30,440 bases of DNA from Calditrichota bacterium (lineage in GTDB: Bacteria; Calditrichota; Calditrichia; RBG-13-44-9; J075). The stretch spans positions 1 through 30,440 of the forward strand of contig RFIL01000041.1 of assembly GCA_003695285.1 (NCBI GenBank), in the 5' to 3' direction. Below, piece after piece: positions 15,923 to 23,664 of the stretch. Every line of letters starts with the position of its first letter. Positions within the stretch are counted from its first letter, which is position 1. The notes below the pieces were generated by a model. The model had not been told where the DNA came from, made no database searches, and was given only the letters and a program-made list of their open reading frames with translations. The translations under genes were made by a program, and so were the position numbers.

Positions 15923-16344
15923 AGTTTACTACCTCCATAATTTAACCCCCAAAATTCAATTCCAGAGGACACTTCCAACTGCTTATGCTTTTTTAACGTC
16001 CATTGGAAACTGAATTAGCCTATTTTTTAGAAGTTGATGACAACTTTAAAATGAACTACCATGATAAATATCGACTGAAATTTTTACCATAACACCAGAG
16101 ACTAAAAAATTTATGATTTTTTTCGCTAAACGCAACAGGTTAAGTTTTTTTCAGCATTAGTCGAAATGCTTTATTCTACTTCGTATGCTCGACCTGGTAC
16201 CTTTAGCTATCCAAAATTAGGAATCATTAATAAGATTCCCCAATCTTCCTTCCGTTACAAAAAATAATATCTCCACCCAATGAAAGCGTTTTCTAAATCT
16301 GTAGGATTTTTTAATTGCGATATAGGGAGTCTTTCGTGATGGGT

Positions 16345-16842
16345 TTATTCTTTCAGATGGGGAAATTTAGCTTCCAGTTTTAGACGAACAACCGGTGGGA
16401 CAAAATTTGAAATATCGCCACCAAAGGATGCCACCTCTTTAACAATGGTCGAATTGAGGTAAGTATATTTTTCATGTGGCATGAGAAAGACCGTGGATAC
16501 CTCCGGAGCCAGACGTCGGTTAACCAGGGCCATCTGAAGTTCATATTCAAAATCGGACACCGCTCTCAGTCCGCGGATGATGGCATTCGCTTTCTTTTCC
16601 CGGGCAAAGTCCACAATCAATCCCTCAAAAGGTTCTACCAGGATTACTGCCTCTGTTTCCATGTCATCCACCACCTGCTGAATCAGGAATACTCGTTCCT
16701 GAACGGTAAGCAAGGGCTTTTTAGAAGGGTTTCTGGCCACGGTAACAATGATTTTGTCAAATAAATGGGATGCTCGTTCAATGATGTCGATGTGTCCGTT
16801 GGTGATGGGATCAAAGGTACCCGGGTAAATTGCGATTTTCAT
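16345..16842 (-). CDS. coaD: Phosphopantetheine adenylyltransferase
   Basis: AIYPGTFDPITNGHIDII, IIRGLRAVSDFEYELQMA, LNSTIVKEVA. Confidence 0.97.
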   Translation of the reverse strand: MKIAIYPGTFDPITNGHIDIIERASHLFDKIIVTVARNPSKKPLLTVQERVFLIQQVVDDMETEAVILVEPFEGLIVDFAREKKANAIIRGLRAVSDFEYELQMALVNRRLAPEVSTVFLMPHEKYTYLNSTIVKEVASFGGDISNFVPPVVRLKLEAKFPHLKE

Positions 16843-17390
16843 ACAACCCCCTTTCTGGTAAAGAATGTAATGATACTGCGATCGAACCGTTTTTGTCGCA
16901 ACACTTCGAAGGCTTCTCCTTCCTCAGGCAGGTGATGTGATTTTTCGCTTTCCAGAACCACTAATCCATATTCCGTTAAATTCGTTTCTTTAAAAAGCAA
17001 CGGCAGAAGCTCTTCATAACGGTTCCATTTGAAGGGTGGATCAATGAAGATTAAATCGAAAGGTTGTTTGTTTCCTTTCAGAAACGTCAGAACATCTTTT
17101 TTGACGATGGTGACAGGTTCAGTAACTTTTACCCGGGCGATATTTTTCCGTAAAACTCTTAGTGAATTAGAAGAATTATCGACAAACGTAACTTCTTTGG
17201 CTCCTCTGCTAAGTGCTTCCAGCCCTAAACTACCGGAGCCGGAGAAAAGGTCTAAGACAAGGGCATCTACAACAAAATCATTTAATAATTGGAAAATATA
17301 TTCTTTAATTCGATCCGTGGTGGGACGGATGGATTGATCCTTTGCAGCAATTAAGTGGCGTCCTTTATACTTACCAGCAATAATACGCAT
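16839..17390 (-). CDS. rsmD: 16S rRNA (guanine966-N2) methyltransferase
   Basis: MRIIAGKYKGR, RPTTDRIKE, LDLFSGSGSLGLEALSRGA, IFIDPPF; overlaps the coaD start by 4 nt. The start is likely 17390 (ORF track 17396). Confidence 0.95.
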   Translation of the reverse strand: MRIIAGKYKGRHLIAAKDQSIRPTTDRIKEYIFQLLNDFVVDALVLDLFSGSGSLGLEALSRGAKEVTFVDNSSNSLRVLRKNIARVKVTEPVTIVKKDVLTFLKGNKQPFDLIFIDPPFKWNRYEELLPLLFKETNLTEYGLVVLESEKSHHLPEEGEAFEVLRQKRFDRSIITFFTRKGVV

Positions 17391-17401
17391 AAGCACAAAT
17401 G

Positions 17402-18478
17402 TTATTCATTAGGGGTAATCAATGTCAAATCAACTCGTGCTTCTAAGGTCCCTCCGGAAATAATCTGTGAATTCTGGGGATAAACGGAGATTTTGTTAAA
17501 TTTTACTGCAGGAAAATCCCTGGCTATCTGACTGAAAAAACTAAACAGAGCATTCTTATTACCGGAAATCCTCAGATAATAAGCGGTGGTAGAGGTGGTC
17601 GCTTTGCGGAAATGGGCACCTTTCAGGAACCGGATGATTCGAACCCCGTTGGTAGAAGCTAACCTACGAATAGCGGGTATTACATCCCGTTCTTCCAATG
17701 CCTCTTTAAAATCACCACCACCCGAGGCGGGTGAATTGGGGAGTGGAACATAAAAATCCGCCTGAAGCTTTTTCTGATCTTCTATAATCTTCTCTGTGAT
17801 ACTTTCAACTGACATCTGAATATCCGGGAAACGGTCTTTGACCGTGCGACGGAAACGAGCTATCTCATCTCGGGAATCGGCCAGAATACTAATGTAAAGG
17901 GCACCGGGGGTCATCACCACCAACGACACCCCCATATCCCGAGTACTGCTATTCACAAAATTCGTAGCATAATTCAGGTTAAATGTGTTCTCACTTTTAT
18001 TCCGGAGATATGCATTTTTTAATGGGGCCGGTAAAACCGGGGTAGAGGCTGTCGGCACCGTTGAAGGAACTGTTGTTTGAGGTTCTGCGGGAGGTTGCTC
18101 AGGTGTTTTGGTTGCCGTAGGTTCCCGTTCCGGTCCTAACCATAATAACACGAACAATGCCGCTAACAGGAGAACACCAATAATCCCCAGAATAATAAAG
18201 AGCCGTTTCTTTTTCGGTGATTCATAAGAAAAACTTTCCTCCTCCCCACTTTCTACCGTTGGGGTGGAGTCGAACAGCACCCCTTCCTCAGTTTCTGGTT
18301 CACTGACGGGTTCCGGAGCCGGGATGGTGGTTCTGTTCTCTGGAGGTTCTTCTTCCGGCTGGATAAATGAAAAATCCATCTCAGTCTTGCTGCTTTCCTC
18401 CGATGGAGTTTCCATCCGTTTTTCCTGAGAGGAAGAATCCTCTTCTTCAGGAGTATTTAACAGATTGATTTTAACCAT
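17402..18478 (-). CDS. Bitopic membrane protein, putative PilN-PilO fusion
   Basis: N-terminal MVKINLL (PilN-type INLL), acidic/Pro-rich linker, KKKR plus TM helix, a first alpha/beta unit (GALYISILADSRDEIARFRR, PilN-like) and a second (YLRISGNKNALFSFFSQIA...LEARVDL, PilO-like). Pattern recognition only. Confidence 0.55.
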   Translation of the reverse strand: MVKINLLNTPEEEDSSSQEKRMETPSEESSKTEMDFSFIQPEEEPPENRTTIPAPEPVSEPETEEGVLFDSTPTVESGEEESFSYESPKKKRLFIILGIIGVLLLAALFVLLWLGPEREPTATKTPEQPPAEPQTTVPSTVPTASTPVLPAPLKNAYLRNKSENTFNLNYATNFVNSSTRDMGVSLVVMTPGALYISILADSRDEIARFRRTVKDRFPDIQMSVESITEKIIEDQKKLQADFYVPLPNSPASGGGDFKEALEERDVIPAIRRLASTNGVRIIRFLKGAHFRKATTSTTAYYLRISGNKNALFSFFSQIARDFPAVKFNKISVYPQNSQIISGGTLEARVDLTLITPNE

Positions 18479-18504
18479 GATCTGTCCTCAAAAATGTTGA
18501 GCAA

Positions 18505-19446
18505 TTAAAAAATATTGGAAAGAGGCTCTACAAAACGATAGGCATTGGTCACATCTAAATTTTCATCCTCTGAAAGCACCTGCCATTCCGTAGATTCCAG
18601 GGGATTAAACACCCTTAAAGGTAACTGACATTTATCTCTTAGAGTTCCCAACCAATCACTCTTAAAATAATAACCAAACAGAAACACCTGAGTAATGGAA
18701 TAAGCAGAACTATCTTCTTCAGCCATTTTTTGAAAATCCTGGAGGGCCTTTTCAAACACTGAAAAAACATCCGCAGTATTCAATTGATCAATTGGCAACA
18801 TCGAACGGGTATAAGGTTTAAATGTAAAGTTTAAAAAATTCTTTTCATCAGAGAGAATAAATTCCAATCCACGTTCCGTGAAATTGACCAGAAGAGTTTG
18901 ACCGATCACATTGGGAAAAAATTTTCGAAAGATTTCATCAATGGCAAAACAGTTCAGATTCATCTGTGATAGCTGAAAACCGGCCTCCCGCGCAATTTGT
19001 CGAGTAAATTCATAAATTTGCTTACGGATGGCCACGGCCAGAAGTTCTTTCATCCCCGATAATTCGCGCTCATAATCCGGTTGATACACTATAAATTCCT
19101 CTACCGGTGAAGTTAAAATATAATTTAACTCGGCCTTTATCAGGGAAAGATATTGGTTCTCGGGGATAAACTGATCCACCAGCACTTTCTTAACAAACCC
19201 CATCCGGGCGGAAAGCAAGAATCGAACGTTCTCGCTACTGAATTCTGCTTTCTCAGCCATCCCTTTTAATTGGTTTGCAATCTGGAGGGCTGTCGTGGTT
19301 TTCTGAAGATTATCATAATTAAGGATAAAGGGTAGCGGTCCTTCAGCTACCCTTTTGATAGAAACACTTTGCCCACCCGTCACTTCCGCCTGGACCCAAC
19401 TGATATAGTTGTCTTGAAAAGCAATACTGTTAATTGTTTCACTCAT
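18505..19446 (-). CDS. PilM-like actin-fold protein with degenerate ATP motifs
   Basis: SIAFQDNYISWVQ (in place of GLDIG), LLAVAIRK, AREAGFQLSQMNLNCFAI, LLVNFTERG, QVFLFG, LPLRVFNP follow the PilM layout; lies directly upstream of the INLL protein. Confidence 0.6.
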   Translation of the reverse strand: MSETINSIAFQDNYISWVQAEVTGGQSVSIKRVAEGPLPFILNYDNLQKTTTALQIANQLKGMAEKAEFSSENVRFLLSARMGFVKKVLVDQFIPENQYLSLIKAELNYILTSPVEEFIVYQPDYERELSGMKELLAVAIRKQIYEFTRQIAREAGFQLSQMNLNCFAIDEIFRKFFPNVIGQTLLVNFTERGLEFILSDEKNFLNFTFKPYTRSMLPIDQLNTADVFSVFEKALQDFQKMAEEDSSAYSITQVFLFGYYFKSDWLGTLRDKCQLPLRVFNPLESTEWQVLSEDENLDVTNAYRFVEPLSNIF

Positions 19447-19455
19447 AATACTCGT

Positions 19456-21171
19456 TTAGTCTTCCGACTCCCAACTCTTGGTTCCATTACTGATATATCC
19501 ATGATTGATGTGTTTCTTTGTGAACACACCATAAACTCGTTCATGGTATCCATTCAAAGCTTCCAGCAGAGATTCTTCGATGCTGGATCTGGCATTGCGT
19601 AAATTAACGGCATCCTGAGGGTTAAATGTGGATTTTAACTCCTCCACGATACCAAAAACCTTCTCATACTCCGGATATATCGCCGGGACATCTTTTTTGA
19701 TCCGCACATCGATTAATGAATCCAACGCCTGAATTTTCTGACCGAAGAACTGTAATCGTTTTTCCAGATCTCCTACCTGTCGGGTTTCCACCCGGGTGGC
19801 AAGAGTATCCAGTGGATTGAGCAGATCTTCAACCATTGGTTTTAACACCGACAGCTTTTTCTCAGTCTGAACGGTATCGATAAAGGTTCTCACCCTTTGA
19901 GAATAACGATAGAAGAGCACATTGTCAAGCGATTGCATCTCCGCCACAATTTCTTTCAAATTTAACACAACTTCCCCACTCTTATCCAGGCGGATTAACC
20001 GATAGCGCTCTTTAACAAAATTCATATAGTTAATCGTGCTATCCAGGTGAGCCCGAACTTTATCCAGGTATGGGAACCAACTCACCTGTTGCAGCGGAGT
20101 CGTTGCTTCCATTAAACGCTCATGAAAAGTATTTAACAAATTCGGACATTCCACCACCAGATTGGTACTATTCGGTTTATAGCTAATGATATACCGCTCT
20201 GTGCCATCAAAGGTGTCCGGGCAGGTAAAATTCCGTTGGTTAAAACCAATGAGCATGGAATCCACTTCATCCAGTCTCAAGATCCCTGGTTGTTGGGTGA
20301 TCAAAAAATTATCGTGGGTGATAAAATCATTATAGATTCCACTCAACGCCTGTTTCTGGGTATCCAAAAGATTGATATTTTGCTGAATATCAATTTGTTG
20401 AAATTCTTTCATGGCTGTATTGATACGATCGATAAATTTTTTCAATCGATCTGCCACACTGGTCACTTTAACCAGATCGGTTTTCTTAATATCCTTCACA
20501 AAATTAAAAATTTTAGTGTATTCGCTGCCCCAGAAATCATCAACAGCCGTCATTTCCACATTGGGCAAGAGATATTCCAGAGAATCAACATAGCGAAGTG
20601 CTAACAGTGCTGTGGTCTGTAAATCCTCCTCATTGATACGTTCCTGTAGCCCATATAGAGAATCCACATAAAGTGTTGCCCGGGCAAAATTCGGAAAGGA
20701 AACACTGGTGTTGAACTTTTCTAAATCCCTTAAAATATCATCTTTCTGGACAACCAGATGATCATAGCGATTAAAATAGCGGGTATTAAATTGGAGATCA
20801 CCGTTAATTTCATCTACCGCTTGTGAAATGGGGACCAGCGCACTGAAGACCGGAAGTTCCAGCACACTATGAATGCTATTATAAAGAGCATTGGTTAATT
20901 CATTAATTTTTTGTTTCACCTGAATGGTGCTATCGTTCTGGATAAATGCCGCAAGTTTTTCCAGTGAATCTGCCGGTAAATAGGAATTGGTTCTGGTATA
21001 ATAAAAACGTTCCGCTTCGTATACCGTTTCAAGATTTTTTCGGCCGATAGTGGTCATTCGTTTTTCTTCCGTCCAAATTTTATTCGGAATGGTGATCGTC
21101 GCCCATAACATCGCGGCAAGAACCACGATCAGTAGCTTTAAAACAATTGACCCCTTCGCTTTCGCCGCCAT
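19456..21171 (-). CDS. Large (571 aa) type IV pilin-like protein with a non-canonical class III signal peptide
   Basis: MAAKAKG|SIVLKLLIVVLAAMLWATITIP has P22 in pilin register, followed by G36, L40, Y50 and Y51; a single Cys pair (C-x24-C); mostly helical body. ATG 21171 has RBS GGAGGAG (the ORF track starts at TTG 21183). Confidence 0.55.
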   Translation of the reverse strand: MAAKAKGSIVLKLLIVVLAAMLWATITIPNKIWTEEKRMTTIGRKNLETVYEAERFYYTRTNSYLPADSLEKLAAFIQNDSTIQVKQKINELTNALYNSIHSVLELPVFSALVPISQAVDEINGDLQFNTRYFNRYDHLVVQKDDILRDLEKFNTSVSFPNFARATLYVDSLYGLQERINEEDLQTTALLALRYVDSLEYLLPNVEMTAVDDFWGSEYTKIFNFVKDIKKTDLVKVTSVADRLKKFIDRINTAMKEFQQIDIQQNINLLDTQKQALSGIYNDFITHDNFLITQQPGILRLDEVDSMLIGFNQRNFTCPDTFDGTERYIISYKPNSTNLVVECPNLLNTFHERLMEATTPLQQVSWFPYLDKVRAHLDSTINYMNFVKERYRLIRLDKSGEVVLNLKEIVAEMQSLDNVLFYRYSQRVRTFIDTVQTEKKLSVLKPMVEDLLNPLDTLATRVETRQVGDLEKRLQFFGQKIQALDSLIDVRIKKDVPAIYPEYEKVFGIVEELKSTFNPQDAVNLRNARSSIEESLLEALNGYHERVYGVFTKKHINHGYISNGTKSWESED

Positions 21172-21241
21172 AGACTCCTCCAAAGTGTTAGTGTGATAAA
21201 ACAGTTCTAATATACTACTCTGAATAGTTTAAAAACGGAAA

Positions 21242-21270
21242 AGTTTAATAAAATAACTGTAAAATGTCAA
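21242..21270 (-). promoter_or_regulatory. Sigma70-type promoter for the pilin-like/pilM/pilNO/rsmD/coaD operon
   Basis: Minus strand TTGACA-N17-TAAACT, about 70 nt upstream of ATG 21171. Confidence 0.6.
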
Positions 21271-21427
21271 TCGCTTTCTGAAAAACAAAAATGTAACCAT
21301 ATTATTTTTTAAAGGTTTGGACTTATTGAGTTTACTACCGCACTTTATCTTAAACTTAAATCGATCTCCATTTACTATTTTTCCGGAATAAAAATTTATG
21401 ACTCTTCCAGCTTAAACCATTATTCTC

Positions 21428-22219
21428 TTATGTTCTTTTCTCAAAGATTTCGTTGATAAATTCTTCCATCGCATTAAAAATTAAGTGTTTATCATTATCA
21501 ACACTGATGACATGATAGGAATTTTCCAGCGAAAGCGTTTTCTTGATCGGGGAAGAAATATGGTTTGCGATATAGCTTAAATTTTCATAAGTAATGGTGT
21601 GGTCCCTTCGGGAATGAATCAACAACGCTGGGGCTTCGATTCGAGGCAATTCGGATTTGACATGATGAATGAGCTTTAAAAACTCATCGAGACTTTTGAG
21701 CGGGTATTTATGATAGGAAGCACTTCGCGATTTAGCTTCTTTACAGCGGATGTCAGGCCCTTTGGATTTAAATTGATAGCGGATGATTTTTCGCGCCAGA
21801 GGTAATAAATGAAGTCTCCAGTCTTTCAGAAAAACCACAGCTGCCAGAGTAATTAACACATCCACCGGATGGGTAGCAGCTAAGTGTAAAGCCAATGCTC
21901 CACCCATGGATTGACCACACACCACCACCCGGGAATAGCGTTCAGTGAGCAGGGTATAATTCTCCTCCGCGGCCTTTATCCACTCTTGATAGGTAATTCC
22001 TTCCAGATCCGAGGGCTCTGTCCCGTGGCCGGGAAGTAATGGCACCCAAACTGTGAATCCCTTCTGCGAAAAATATTCTGCCAGTTCTCTTCCTTCGTAT
22101 GGGGAACCGGTAAAGCCATGGAGAAACAATAGTGCCGTATCCCCTCCCTCCTTAAAAATGGGCTCTGCTCCCGGCATCAATTTTTTCGGAAATTCTATAC
22201 CAAATGGATTCGTACTCAT
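21428..22219 (-). CDS. Alpha/beta-hydrolase, carboxylesterase (Est/YvaK-like)
   Basis: LFLHGFTGSP, LPGHG, nucleophile elbow GQSMGG, LIHSRRDHTI, NSYHVI. ATG 22219 is more likely than TTG 22234. Confidence 0.88.
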   Translation of the reverse strand: MSTNPFGIEFPKKLMPGAEPIFKEGGDTALLFLHGFTGSPYEGRELAEYFSQKGFTVWVPLLPGHGTEPSDLEGITYQEWIKAAEENYTLLTERYSRVVVCGQSMGGALALHLAATHPVDVLITLAAVVFLKDWRLHLLPLARKIIRYQFKSKGPDIRCKEAKSRSASYHKYPLKSLDEFLKLIHHVKSELPRIEAPALLIHSRRDHTITYENLSYIANHISSPIKKTLSLENSYHVISVDNDKHLIFNAMEEFINEIFEKRT

Positions 22220-22234
22220 CGTTGAGTTTGTCAA

Positions 22235-23233
22235 TCATCCCCCCATGTTTATTAAATGTTGTAAAATTTGTACTGCATTAGTAGCCGCACCTTTTCGAAG
22301 GTTATCGCTCACAATCCAGAGATTTATAGCATTTTCTACTGTTGGGTCTCGTCGGATACGTCCCACGAAAACCTCATCTTTGCCATCACAAAGAATGGGT
22401 AAGGGGTAAATATTTTCTTCTGGCTGGTCCAGAACAACCACACCAGGTACTTCTTCCAACACCTTCCGCACCCCTTCAACTGTGATCGGAGAACGAAATT
22501 CAATATTGACTGATTCGCTATGCCCATTTAAAACCGGTACCCGTACACAGGTAGCTGTAACAGCCAGAGATTCATCTTCCATGATTTTGGAGGTCTCCTG
22601 CATCATCTTATGTTCTTCCCTGCTATAACCATCCGGCTCAAACGAATCAATATGGGGTAAACAATTATAGGCAATCGGATGTGGATAAACTTTCTCCACC
22701 GGGTTTTTCTGATGAAGTTCATCTTTCAGTTGCTTGATGGCTGCTTTACCACTTCCACTGACTGCTTGATAGGTTGAAACCACAACCCGTTTGACACCAA
22801 ACCGCTTGTGAAGGGGGGATAAAACCATGACCAGCTGGATGGTAGAACAATTGGGGTTGGCAATTATCCCTTGATGCGTTTTCAGGGCATGCCCGTTAAC
22901 CTCCGGCACAACCAGCGGAACATGGGGTTCCATTCTCCAGGCACTGGAATTATCTATGACGACAGCTCCCTGACGAACCGCAACGGGTGCATATTCACGT
23001 GATATTTGGGCCCCGGCGGAAAACAGTGCAAAATCAACCCCCTCAAAAATGTTCTCTTTTAAAGGGAACACTTTGAGTTTCTCATCCCCAAACGAAACGG
23101 TCTTCCCGGCAGACTCCCTGGAGGCAATGGGCAGTACATCTGATATCGGAATCTGCCGCTCAAGCAAAACCTCCAACATCTTTTGACCAACCAGACCGGT
23201 GACACCCACAATCGCAATTCGATACTTCTGCAT
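22235..23233 (-). CDS. asd: Aspartate-semialdehyde dehydrogenase
   Basis: IAIVGVTGLVGQ, VIDNSSAWRM, IIANPNCSTIQ, STYQAVSGSG, TCVRVPVLNGHSE, DNLRKGAATNAVQ; RBS AAGGAG before ATG 23233. Confidence 0.97.
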   Translation of the reverse strand: MQKYRIAIVGVTGLVGQKMLEVLLERQIPISDVLPIASRESAGKTVSFGDEKLKVFPLKENIFEGVDFALFSAGAQISREYAPVAVRQGAVVIDNSSAWRMEPHVPLVVPEVNGHALKTHQGIIANPNCSTIQLVMVLSPLHKRFGVKRVVVSTYQAVSGSGKAAIKQLKDELHQKNPVEKVYPHPIAYNCLPHIDSFEPDGYSREEHKMMQETSKIMEDESLAVTATCVRVPVLNGHSESVNIEFRSPITVEGVRKVLEEVPGVVVLDQPEENIYPLPILCDGKDEVFVGRIRRDPTVENAINLWIVSDNLRKGAATNAVQILQHLINMGG

Positions 23234-23664
23234 CAAACTCCTTCACGAATCTATCAACTACTCAAACCATGGATTAAAAAAATAATTTAATTGTCTGTAT
23301 ACGTTCCACCAAAGAAATAATATCTTTCCCCCATCTAAATTAGAGTCAGTAATCCCTAAGCATCTAAAAACCAGGTGTATGGTTCGAGAAAAAAATGGAA
23401 TTTATCAACTTTCTCCAAACATTTAGTTATATCTCTAACAGACTGTGATATTTTTTCAAAAAAAGCAACATGGTGCGACGATGTAATTAAGTTGTAAATA
23501 TTTGAAAACATTAGTAGATTTAGAAGGCAAGAATTTTTGTTAAACGCTGTTTATTGGATTGCTGAACTTTGAATTTGGATTTTTTTAGGGAACAAATTCA
23601 GCAATATCTTTCAGTACAATTTATGGGGCAGTGAACTGTTAAGGTGTAAGGAAAATTAACCAGT

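Noticed and set aside
15923-16344. 420-bp intergenic region between coaD and the FmdB gene as a possible sRNA/riboswitch
   Set aside because: AT-rich, with no convincing stem, terminator or known motif visible.
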